Origin: an uncultured Streptococcus sp.
Lineage (GTDB): Bacteria; Bacillota; Bacilli; Lactobacillales; Streptococcaceae
DNA: 46,855 nt
Assembly: GCA_963551305.1 (NCBI GenBank)
Contig: CAUVGG010000001.1
Location: 1 to 46,855, forward strand
Direction: 5' to 3'
Shown here piece after piece: positions 39,002 through 46,855 of this stretch (positions are counted from its first letter, which is position 1; every line of letters begins with the position of its first letter). Position numbers and translations under genes: made by a program. The notes under the pieces were generated by a model that was given only the letters and a program-made list of their open reading frames with translations, ran no database searches and was not told the DNA's origin.

Positions 39002-39115
39002 AAACAAGGCTGGACAAAAACTCAATTCGAGATAAAAATCCAGTAAATCTTTACATAATAAAAAAATCAAACGCATAATATCAAGTCTTTTGGACACTTG
39101 GTATTATGCGTTTTT
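39002..39115. repeat. Bidirectional terminator hairpin, possibly a SPRITE-like streptococcal repeat
   Basis: Stem AAACGCATAATATCAAGT (39069-39086)/ACTTGGTATTATGCGTTT (39096-39113) between convergent genes; the repeat-family assignment is from memory. Confidence 0.55.
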
Positions 39116-39133
39116 ATGATTTTCCATTCTCAT

Positions 39134-40165
39134 TTATTTCAATGAAATTGTCAACTCGACACAGGCTCCTCCTTGGTCTAGATTGAGCAGGGTCAGACGA
39201 CCACCGTGCAAGAGAGCTACCTGCTTAGAAAAGGCTAAGCCGATACCATGATGGGGATTAGCTGAATTGCGGCTTTGGTCACTCTGGTAAAAGAGCCGTT
39301 CCGCTCCCAGCAGCATCTCCTCTGAAAACGAAGGGCCGTTGTTCCAGATAGCAAAAACCAACTGATCCTGCTGCACTGATACCGTCAGCTTCACTTCCTT
39401 TTGGTCCTGATTAGCATGTTCAAGCGCATTCAGTAAAATATTGAGCAAAGCTCGCTTGAGATAACCCAAATGAATTGATAAAATCAGACTAAGCTCACAA
39501 TCTTCTTGGAGAGAAAAACGATAGCTTTCCTGTTTGCTGAACAGTGCCCAGTCGTCCTGGAGATCAGCCAAAAAGTCCTCCAATGAAAGCTGACTGAACT
39601 GATTAGCATCAATCTGAAAAGTCTTAGCGTAATCAATCAAAGATCCACAATACTCTTCCATCTTGTGACTAGCCTGCAAAATCTCAACAGCATAGTCTGC
39701 CTGTGGATAGCCCAACTGCGCCAATTCCAAGAGCTCAGCATTCCCCTTAATCACAGTTAGGGGTGTTTTCAAATCGTGCGATGTCGCTGATAACTGTAAA
39801 ATCAACTCCTGATTATGCTGCTGCTCTTTTTCTAGAAGACGAGCATTTTCTTGGTGGCTGCTCCGTAAATCGCTATAGACTTCTAGCATTTCCTCAATCC
39901 GAAAAAGCTGACTTTGATTTTCTTCTAAAAGCTTCTCGCTCGTTAGCATTTTTATTTCCCTGTCGATTTTTCGGAGCAATTTCAAAATATGATAAAAAGT
40001 AATCAGCAGCAAGCTCCCTGCCCAAAAGAACAAGGTGAAAAGAACGTGATCACTTCCTTGCGTAAATTCATAACCTATAAGCACAAAAATCAAAACATGG
40101 AAAAAGACGATTTTTAAACTGGTTGTCCAGACTAGGCTTTTGAAATTTCGGGTTCTAATTGCCAT
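39134..40165 (-). CDS. Sensor histidine kinase, intramembrane-sensing architecture
   Basis: Two TM helices with a ~10-aa loop; H box SHDLKTPL, N box NILLNALEH, G2 box GIGL. Confidence 0.9.
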   Translation of the reverse strand: MAIRTRNFKSLVWTTSLKIVFFHVLIFVLIGYEFTQGSDHVLFTLFFWAGSLLLITFYHILKLLRKIDREIKMLTSEKLLEENQSQLFRIEEMLEVYSDLRSSHQENARLLEKEQQHNQELILQLSATSHDLKTPLTVIKGNAELLELAQLGYPQADYAVEILQASHKMEEYCGSLIDYAKTFQIDANQFSQLSLEDFLADLQDDWALFSKQESYRFSLQEDCELSLILSIHLGYLKRALLNILLNALEHANQDQKEVKLTVSVQQDQLVFAIWNNGPSFSEEMLLGAERLFYQSDQSRNSANPHHGIGLAFSKQVALLHGGRLTLLNLDQGGACVELTISLK

Positions 40166-40830
40166 CTATAGCCTACTCCTCTCACAGTTGCGATTGCTTG
40201 CAGCCCCTCTTGTTTGCATTTTTGACGAATCTGATATACGTATTCTGAGATGGAACGAAGCTGTGTTTCTGAGCTTTCTGGGTAAAGCAAGGTATGCAGG
40301 CGTTCAGCTGAAAAGGTCTGCTTGGGATTGCTAGCTAGTAAATGCAGCAACTTAAACTCTCGCTCTGAAAATTTCAAGACTTTACCAAAACAGGCAACTT
40401 CATAGCGCTCTGGATAAAATTGACAAGAAGCAATTTCAGAATAGCGCTCCTCCCGTCTTTCCTCCCGCCGAAGATGAGCTCTGACACGCGCCAGCAATTC
40501 TTTGGTTCCAAAAGGCTTGACAATATAGTCATCTGCTCCGCGAAAGAGCCCTTCCACTTTGTCCGCCTCCAATTCCTTAGCCGTCAGAAAGATGATTGGA
40601 CACGAAAGATGAGGACGAATGTAGGAACACAGCTCAAAACCATTAACAGGCTCCATCATCACATCCAGCAGAATCAAGTCATATCCGACAAAATACGTCA
40701 GCTCTAGGTCTTCTATCCGATCAAGCGTCGTCACATCATAAGCATCTAGCTCTAGGACGTTTTTCACCAGCTTCAAAATGCTCTGGTCGTCATCAACCAG
40801 CAAAATACGATACTGTCTCATGATTTCCAT
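40132..40830 (-). CDS. OmpR-family response regulator
   Basis: LVDDD, LLDVMM phosphoacceptor, YIVKPF, winged-helix TVRGVGY; alternative start at 40821. Confidence 0.92.
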   Translation of the reverse strand: MEIMRQYRILLVDDDQSILKLVKNVLELDAYDVTTLDRIEDLELTYFVGYDLILLDVMMEPVNGFELCSYIRPHLSCPIIFLTAKELEADKVEGLFRGADDYIVKPFGTKELLARVRAHLRREERREERYSEIASCQFYPERYEVACFGKVLKFSEREFKLLHLLASNPKQTFSAERLHTLLYPESSETQLRSISEYVYQIRQKCKQEGLQAIATVRGVGYRWQLEPEISKA

Positions 40831-40842
40831 TATAGCATACCT

Positions 40843-41565
40843 CTAGCGAACATCTCGTTTCAAGGTTAAGAATATAGCAGAGCTCCAAACCAAAGCTAAC
40901 CATAACAGCTGTATTCCCAGCCCTGAGAGATCTATTGAATGCTGAAGTCCTTCATACTCAAAAAGATTTAGCGTAGCCAGATCGGGCAGGTATTTTGCTT
41001 CTTTGATGAAAGTTGCCAATAAACGGCTGAGACCAATCAAGAGAGGAAAGAGCACCGACACCGGCACAATCCAAGATTGAAATAGCAAAGCGAGGCAGGC
41101 AGCTAAAAAAGCCAGAAAAATATTGCTGAGAAGACCAAAAGAGCTGTAATAGAGGAATTTCTCTAGTAAGGACCAGCTAAAGCCTAGGTCAAAACGAGCC
41201 AGCATAACAAGGAAACAGCTGCCTATCATGACACTGTAGAGAACCAAGAGCAGCAAGTCCAGAAAAAGGAATTTCCCAGCCAACCAAGCCTTTCTATTTG
41301 ATACGGTTAGAAAATTCGTTCGCATCCCAGACTTGACAAACTCCTGGGCAAAATAGAAAGAAGTAAAGATGACGATGACAGGCTGCGCCAGATAGAGGGC
41401 ATGCAAAACCTCGCTCAGAGCCTTCGTCTGACCAACTGCTGTCTGACTGTAGTCAAGATTCATCAGAAAAAATGGAACAGCTACCATAGCCACTAAAGCT
41501 GCACCAAGAGCGAGATAATAAGAACGGAACTTAATCCATTCACTTCTAAGCAGAGCTTTTATCAT
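40843..41565 (-). CDS. ABC transporter permease 2 (LanE/G- or BcrB-like), 240 aa
   Basis: Start moved to ATG 41565 (MIKALLRSEWIK), with AGGAGG RBS and TGATG overlap with the upstream gene; about 6 TM; C-terminal KRDV. Confidence 0.85.
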   Translation of the reverse strand: MIKALLRSEWIKFRSYYLALGAALVAMVAVPFFLMNLDYSQTAVGQTKALSEVLHALYLAQPVIVIFTSFYFAQEFVKSGMRTNFLTVSNRKAWLAGKFLFLDLLLLVLYSVMIGSCFLVMLARFDLGFSWSLLEKFLYYSSFGLLSNIFLAFLAACLALLFQSWIVPVSVLFPLLIGLSRLLATFIKEAKYLPDLATLNLFEYEGLQHSIDLSGLGIQLLWLALVWSSAIFLTLKRDVR

Positions 41566-42353
41566 CAGTATCGCCCTCCTAAATCCGTCTTCAAAAAGCG
41601 CAGAGAAGCCATGCCGCCGATGACTAGCAACCATGCACCAAGTATCAACAGCCCTTGCAAGGGATTGTTGACATATTGGGAAGTTGGCGTTGCAGTAAAC
41701 AACTCTCCTGCTGGCTGTGGCAAATAAACTCCCCAACTCGTGTGAGCTGCCAGGTAGTTTCCCAGATTATAGATCTGTGGTACGAGAAAAAGCAGAGGAA
41801 CTAGCATGGTCCGAGCCAATAAACCTAACAAAAACGAAAGGATACCCAATAAGGTTAGAGATAAGGTTTTCCACAAGATTAAACTCCAAGCTGCCTGATT
41901 GAGCGAAATCGGATCAAGCCCTTCCTTTCCTAAAGCCAGATGCATGACCATATAACTAAAGTAGATTGATAAAAAGCTAGTAACAAGAGAAAAGCAAGTA
42001 AAGGTCATGAGTTTCTCCACAAGCAACTTCAGGCGGTTATTACAGGTCAAGAGACTGGTTCTCAAGCTATGAGACTGAAATTCCATAGCTCCCAAAATTC
42101 CAGCTAAAATGACCAAAACCATGACCGCCATAGAAGCCCCGTTGAGACCTAGATATTCCAGCGGATCAATGGCGTTTATCAGATTAGGAACCGTCTCAGG
42201 CGTAGCATCCAAGCCGATAGACAGATACTGTCGGCCCTCCAACCAGGATACGACAGGCACCAATAGCAGCATGAAGGCCACACTCACTTTGAAAGCCTTG
42301 ATTGAGCGGATTTTCAACCATTCTGAATGCAATAAAGACATCGTTTCTTTCAT
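41565..42353 (-). CDS. ABC transporter permease 1 (LanE/G- or BcrB-like)
   Basis: SEWLKIRS N-terminus, about 6 TM, EFQSHSLRTSL loop. Confidence 0.85.
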   Translation of the reverse strand: MKETMSLLHSEWLKIRSIKAFKVSVAFMLLLVPVVSWLEGRQYLSIGLDATPETVPNLINAIDPLEYLGLNGASMAVMVLVILAGILGAMEFQSHSLRTSLLTCNNRLKLLVEKLMTFTCFSLVTSFLSIYFSYMVMHLALGKEGLDPISLNQAAWSLILWKTLSLTLLGILSFLLGLLARTMLVPLLFLVPQIYNLGNYLAAHTSWGVYLPQPAGELFTATPTSQYVNNPLQGLLILGAWLLVIGGMASLRFLKTDLGGRY

Positions 42354-42354
42354 C

Positions 42355-43062
42355 TTAAACCTCCTCTGTCAAATCAAAGAAGAGATCTTCTAGACTGTCT
42401 GAATCTTGCAGCACCTCTTCCAATCGTCCCTGCTCAATAATTCGCCCATGATGAATCAAGACCACATCATCTGTCACCATTTGCACCTCTGACAGGATGT
42501 GGGATGATAGAAGTACCGTTTTCCCTAAATCAGCCTGCTGACGGATGAACTTTCTAAACCACTTAATCCCACTTGGATCCAGTCCATTGGTCGGCTCATC
42601 TAATATAAGAAACTGAGGATCACCCAGCAAAGCTGCTGCCAAACCCAAGCGTTGACCTTCCCCCAGAGACAGGCTTGACAAGAGGTCCTTCCTCTTATGA
42701 GCGATTCCAGTCATCTCCAAAACCTCATCAATCCGAGACTTGGGAATAGCATTACTCGCCGCAATAATTCGCAGGTGATCATAGACCTTACGATTTGGCA
42801 AACCGCCAATGCCATCAAAGGCTGCACCTACCGTTCTGAGTGGATAGGTCATTGACTGATAGGTTTGTCCATCAAAAGTCGCAGTCCCTGCTGTCGCCCG
42901 ATCTAACCCCAAGAGAATCCTCAAGGTCGAACTTTTCCCTGCACCATTTGGACCCAGAAAAGCTGTAATCCGCCCGCTTCTAGCTGTAAAAGAAATATCT
43001 TCTAAAATCTGCTTACTGCCATGCTTTTTGCAGACTCCTTCTATTTTCACTATATGTTCCAT
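42355..43062 (-). CDS. ABC transporter ATP-binding protein
   Basis: GPNGAGKS, LSLGEGQR, LILDEPTNGLD, SSH. Confidence 0.93.
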   Translation of the reverse strand: MEHIVKIEGVCKKHGSKQILEDISFTARSGRITAFLGPNGAGKSSTLRILLGLDRATAGTATFDGQTYQSMTYPLRTVGAAFDGIGGLPNRKVYDHLRIIAASNAIPKSRIDEVLEMTGIAHKRKDLLSSLSLGEGQRLGLAAALLGDPQFLILDEPTNGLDPSGIKWFRKFIRQQADLGKTVLLSSHILSEVQMVTDDVVLIHHGRIIEQGRLEEVLQDSDSLEDLFFDLTEEV

Positions 43063-43090
43063 ACTGAACTCCTTTATCTTTATTTCCTAC

Positions 43091-43124
43091 AGTATATCCA
43101 ATCTAGTTCAGAATTAGTTCAGAA
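43091..43124 (-). promoter_or_regulatory. ABC operon promoter with tandem direct-repeat operator
   Basis: Minus strand TTCTGAACTA-A-TTCTGAACTA (11-bp period) lies 7 nt upstream of -10 TATACT (43096-43091). Confidence 0.65.
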
Positions 43125-43232
43125 ATCAAGCAAAAATTCTAAAAGTTGACTCCATCTTTCAGAAGTTGCTCTAGCTTCATTAGAAAGAACTCAGTTTTTC
43201 TTTATAATTCTGCGAGTTTTGTATGGAGACTT

Positions 43233-43298
43233 TGTTATAATGCTAGTCTCAAAAAGTCATTTATCAAACTTCATCAAGAGCAGTCTTTATGATATAAT
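43233..43298 (+). promoter_or_regulatory. Two extended -10 elements upstream of luxS
   Basis: TGTTATAAT (43233-43241) and TGATATAAT (43290-43298). Confidence 0.55.
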
Positions 43299-43325
43299 GA
43301 AAGAAGAAAACTGAAAGGATTTACC

Positions 43326-43808
43326 ATGTCAAAAGAAGTTATTGTTGAAAGTTTTGAACTTGACCACACCATTGTTAAAGCACCCTATGTTCGCTTGATT
43401 GGGGAAGAAACAGGACCAAAGGGAGATGTCATCTCCAACTTTGATATCCGCTTGGTGCAACCAAATGAAGACTCTATCCCTACTGCTGGCCTTCACACTA
43501 TCGAACACCTCTTGGCCAAACTCATCCGTACCCGCATTGACGGGATGATTGACTGTTCACCATTTGGTTGCCGTACAGGTTTTCACATGATTATGTGGGG
43601 ACGTCATACCAGCGCTGAGATTGCTGCTGTTATCAAGGATTCGCTCAAGGAAATCGCTGAAACGACTACTTGGGAAGATGTACCTGGAACAACCATAGAA
43701 TCTTGTGGAAACTACAAGGACCACAGCCTCTTTTCTGCTAAAGAATGGGCTAAACTCATCCTGGAACAAGGTATTTCAGATGATGCCTTTGAACGCCATG
43801 TCATCTGA
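43326..43808 (+). CDS. luxS: S-ribosylhomocysteine lyase (AI-2 synthase)
   Basis: [30 protein letters not shown]. Confidence 0.97.
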   Translation: MSKEVIVESFELDHTIVKAPYVRLIGEETGPKGDVISNFDIRLVQPNEDSIPTAGLHTIEHLLAKLIRTRIDGMIDCSPFGCRTGFHMIMWGRHTSAEIAAVIKDSLKEIAETTTWEDVPGTTIESCGNYKDHSLFSAKEWAKLILEQGISDDAFERHVI

Positions 43809-43812
43809 ACAC

Positions 43813-43845
43813 AAAAGAACCAGTTACAATAACTGGTTCTTTTTT
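43813..43845. terminator. Bidirectional terminator between luxS and clpL
   Basis: AAAAGAACCAGTTA-CAA-TAACTGGTTCTTTT perfect stem with A and T tails. Confidence 0.85.
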
Positions 43846-43862
43846 ATTCTCAAAATCTCGAG

Positions 43863-45968
43863 TTAGGCTTTCTCACGAATGACCAAAACGCCATCTTCCA
43901 TATCTGCTTCCAGATGTTTAGCATCTAGGTGATCCAAGTGGAAGTCTGTCACCTTATCACGAATTTGTTGTTCAACTACGCGACGGAGAGGACGAACACC
44001 CATAACTTCGTCATAGCCTTCTTCTGTGATAAAGTCCTTAGCTGCTTGGCTAACTTCAAGGTCGATTCCTTTCTTAGCCAAGGTTTGGTTGACTTCAGCC
44101 AACATCAAGTCCACAATCTTAGAAAGGTCTTCCTTATTCAAGTGTGAGAACTCGATAACTGCATTAAAGCGGTTAAGGAATTCTGGACGGAAGTATGGTT
44201 TCAAACGATCCATTAATTCTGGTTTGTCTGCATCTTCCGTCAAGTTAGCTTCATAGCCAAATCCAGCATTTGATGTTGCGATAATGACAGTGTTTTTGAA
44301 GTTCACGGTATTTCCTTGACCATCAGTTAAACGACCGTCATCCAAGACTTGGAGGAGAAGGGTAATTACTTGAGGATCAGCCTTTTCAATTTCGTCCAAG
44401 AGAATAATAGAGTAAGGATTGCGGCGAACACGTTCTGTCAAGGTATTGCTATTGTCATCATAACCCACATAACCTGCTGTTGTACCAATCAACTTAGATA
44501 CAGCTGTGCGGTCACTGTATTCAGACATATCCAAACGGATAATTGCGTCCTTGGTTCCAAACATATCGAGCGCCAATTGCTTAGCAAGCTCCGTCTTACC
44601 AACCCCAGTTGGACCTACAAAGAGGAAGCTACCGATTGGGCGATTGCCTTCATCAAAACCAGCACGGTTACGACGGATAGCACGAGCCACTGCTTCTACT
44701 GCCTTATCTTGACCGATAACCTTGTGTTCCAAACGATGGGCCATATCTTTCAAACGTTCGATGTCTGATGCCCCCATTTGTGATACCGGAATACCAGTCA
44801 TACGTTCTACAGATTCAGCCACATCGTTAACACTCGCAGTCACCTTCATATCTTCTGTGTGGTTTTCGATTTTCTTCTCTAATTCTGCAATACGTGTTTT
44901 AGCATTAAGAGCTGCTTCGAAATCTTCTGCCTCAACTGCTTTTTCTTGCTTGTCCTTTTCTGCCTCTATTTCACGTTCAACAGCATGAACATCTGTTACT
45001 GGATGTTGAGCCGCCAAGTGAGCTGCCGTTACATCGACAAGGTCGATAGCCTTATCTGGCAAGCTGCGTTGAGGAATGTATTGGACAGAATAATCCACTG
45101 CTGCTTTCAAAACTTCATCTGGCAAGATGACATTGTGGTGTTGTTGATAAAGATCACGAATTCCTTGAAGGATTTTAAAAGTATCCTCTGCTGAAGGAGC
45201 ATTGACCTTGACTTCGTTGAAACGACGAGCAAGAGCCGCATTCTTCAAAATCGTGTTACGATATTCGTCTTGAGTCGTTGCCCCAATAACCGTCAACTCA
45301 CCACGAGAGAGAGCTGGCTTGAGAATATCTGCAAGCCCTTTAGAACCACTGTCTCCACCAATGCTACCAGCACCAAGGATTTGGTGGATTTCATCAAAGA
45401 AGAGGATAATATTTCCTGCTTCTTTTACTTCATTGACCAAGTTTTGAACGTTTTCTTCAAAGCTACCACGGTATTGAGTACCAGCCTCAAGACCTGAGAT
45501 ATCAATAGAAATAATTTCCTTGTTCTTGATGGCAGCTGGAACATCTCCGTTCACAATAGCTTGTGCTAGACCTTCGACAACTGCTGTCTTACCAACACCT
45601 GCATCTCCGACAAGTACAGGATTGTTTTTGGTACGACGTGAGAGGATTTCAGATGTTTCTTGAATTTCCTTGTTTCGTCCGATAACAGGATCCAATTTGC
45701 CCTCGCGAGCTTCTGCGGTCAAGTTTCGACCTAGTTTAGCAAGGACACCGTCTTGTTTCATACCTGAAGCGTGTTGTTGCATTTGCGCATCAGATTCTGC
45801 ATTTCCTGGTAATTGACCAGTTGCACGATAATGAGCAAATTCCTCAGGTGTCACTTCACGTCCATTAATCAAGTAGCGACGGTTTTCAGAACTGTATCCT
45901 CGCATACCACCCATCAATTGGTTAAATAAATCATCCATGTTGTTAAAGTTATTAAAGTTGTTGTTCAT
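43863..45968 (-). CDS. clpL: AAA+ chaperone/disaggregase ClpL
   Basis: [12 protein letters not shown]-terminus; two nucleotide-binding domains ([16 protein letters not shown]); 701 aa. Confidence 0.95.
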   Translation of the reverse strand: MNNNFNNFNNMDDLFNQLMGGMRGYSSENRRYLINGREVTPEEFAHYRATGQLPGNAESDAQMQQHASGMKQDGVLAKLGRNLTAEAREGKLDPVIGRNKEIQETSEILSRRTKNNPVLVGDAGVGKTAVVEGLAQAIVNGDVPAAIKNKEIISIDISGLEAGTQYRGSFEENVQNLVNEVKEAGNIILFFDEIHQILGAGSIGGDSGSKGLADILKPALSRGELTVIGATTQDEYRNTILKNAALARRFNEVKVNAPSAEDTFKILQGIRDLYQQHHNVILPDEVLKAAVDYSVQYIPQRSLPDKAIDLVDVTAAHLAAQHPVTDVHAVEREIEAEKDKQEKAVEAEDFEAALNAKTRIAELEKKIENHTEDMKVTASVNDVAESVERMTGIPVSQMGASDIERLKDMAHRLEHKVIGQDKAVEAVARAIRRNRAGFDEGNRPIGSFLFVGPTGVGKTELAKQLALDMFGTKDAIIRLDMSEYSDRTAVSKLIGTTAGYVGYDDNSNTLTERVRRNPYSIILLDEIEKADPQVITLLLQVLDDGRLTDGQGNTVNFKNTVIIATSNAGFGYEANLTEDADKPELMDRLKPYFRPEFLNRFNAVIEFSHLNKEDLSKIVDLMLAEVNQTLAKKGIDLEVSQAAKDFITEEGYDEVMGVRPLRRVVEQQIRDKVTDFHLDHLDAKHLEADMEDGVLVIREKA

Positions 45969-46010
45969 ATTCTTTACCTCGTTTATTCTTAATTATATGC
46001 GATCTCTGAT

Positions 46011-46027
46011 ATTGACTATCTTTGACC
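46011..46027 (-). promoter_or_regulatory. CtsR box proximal to clpL
   Basis: GGTCAAA-GAT-AGTCAAT matches RGTCAAA-NAN-RGTCAAA. Confidence 0.8.
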
Positions 46028-46051
46028 TTTGTTTTAAAAAATTTAGACTAG

Positions 46052-46141
46052 CTAAATCGCTACTCTACGTATAATTTCTGGTTTTTCTTTTTTAAATAAG
46101 CCTTTTATAATCTTCTTTTCAAATTCTGTTAGATTCAACAT
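46052..46141 (-). CDS. Putative 29-aa small protein upstream of clpL (MLNLTEFEKKIIKGLFKKEKPEIIRRVAI)
   Basis: Translated by hand; strong RBS AAAGGGGTGA 5 nt before the ATG; downstream of the clpL-region promoter. Confidence 0.45.
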   Translation of the reverse strand: MLNLTEFEKKIIKGLFKKEKPEIIRRVAI

Positions 46142-46236
46142 AGGCCTCACCCCTTTCTCGGGATTCTATACCTCATTCTCAAAGACTAATTCGTTGAAAA
46201 TGAGCTTTTTAAGGAATTCATTTTCCTTATGTTTCT

Positions 46237-46288
46237 ACTATATCACTTTGGTCAGTAAAAGTCAATAACTTTTTGACCAAATTTGACT
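46237..46288 (-). promoter_or_regulatory. sigmaA promoter overlapped by two CtsR boxes
   Basis: TTGACT-17-TATAGT with extended TG (46265-46237); GGTCAGT-AAA-AGTCAAT (+, 46250-46266) and AGTCAAA-TTT-GGTCAAA (-, 46272-46288). Confidence 0.8.
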
Positions 46289-46314
46289 AATTTTTTAAAA
46301 TTTTTCAAGGACGC

Positions 46315-46341
46315 AAAAAGCCAGTCATATCGACTAGCTTT
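46315..46341 (-). terminator. Intrinsic terminator of pfl
   Basis: Minus-strand RNA AAAGCUAGUC-GAUAU-GACUGGCUUUUU. Confidence 0.75.
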
Positions 46342-46361
46342 CTTTCCATTCTAATTGAATC

Positions 46362-46855
46362 TTAGCTCAATGCGTCATCCATTGAAAGAACTTCGTGGAA
46401 GACACGTTGTGTCAATTCAGTTTTTTGTTCTGGAGTGAGGTATTTAGTGTTTACACAGTATCCTGAGATACGAACGATGACATCTTCGCCATTCATAATC
46501 TTGTCATAAACATCTTTCAAGTCCATAACGTTCAAGTTACAGTGTTGTCCACCGTTTTCGAAGTAACCATCAAGGATTGTTACCAAGTTGTCCACTTGTT
46601 CGTCACGAGTTTTACCAAGAGCACGAGGTGAAACTTGAGTTGTCAATGAGATACCATCAGCTGCATAACCAAAGTCAAGGCTAGCAAGTGAGTTCAAGTT
46701 TTGCAACCATCCACCTTTAGCTTTGTTAGATGGGTTAGCACCTGGTGAGAAGAATTCAAGTTTAGACAAGTTCACAGAACCATCTTCGTTGAGGTATACA
46801 CCTTTGTGGACTGGTGAGTTACCAGTTTGTTTAGAGTAAGCAACGTTAGATGTGA
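46362..46855 (-). CDS. pflB: 3' end of pyruvate formate-lyase (partial)
   Basis: Frame stays open to the window edge ([14 protein letters not shown]...); glycyl-radical loop VRISGY; FSPGANP. Confidence 0.93.
   Translation of the reverse strand, partial: TSNVAYSKQTGNSPVHKGVYLNEDGSVNLSKLEFFSPGANPSNKAKGGWLQNLNSLASLDFGYAADGISLTTQVSPRALGKTRDEQVDNLVTILDGYFENGGQHCNLNVMDLKDVYDKIMNGEDVIVRISGYCVNTKYLTPEQKTELTQRVFHEVLSMDDALS

Noticed and set aside
41566..41736. Longer N-termini in the ORF track for permease 2 (and similarly wcjB 22288-22329 and aliC 35584-35616)
   Set aside because: Downstream ATGs have proper RBSs and family-typical N-termini; the extensions overlap upstream genes or promoter elements
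46186..46221. 11-codon ORF MNSLKSSFSTN at the start of the clpL leader
   Set aside because: RBS spacing is too short and there is no other support

Overview
A 46.9 kb chromosomal segment of a mitis-group Streptococcus, most likely a commensal such as S. oralis rather than S. pneumoniae (inference from aliC/aliD inside the cps locus, no IS remnants, an extra glycosidase gene and pfl next to clpL). Left to right: 3' end of pbp1a (+); two giant YSIRK/LPxTG surface enzymes on the minus strand (a 2753-aa GH20+GH84 hexosaminidase and a 2139-aa GH101 endo-alpha-GalNAcase with an extra trypsin-like serine protease domain); aliA; an intact Wzx/Wzy capsule locus with the gene order of pneumococcal serogroup 9 but no O-acetyltransferase gene; aliD; aliC; dexB; a DUF1846 gene; a five-gene ABC transporter plus two-component cassette; luxS; clpL with CtsR boxes and an unannotated 29-codon upstream ORF; and the 3' end of pfl. 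The most striking observation is the two-gene glycoprotein-degrading module. Two in-frame deletions at short direct repeats visible here would convert it into a 1766-aa protein matching my recollection of pneumococcal EngSP/SpGH101 (1767 aa). Comparisons with pneumococcal sequences are from memory and need checking. No rRNA, tRNA, CRISPR array or transposase was seen.
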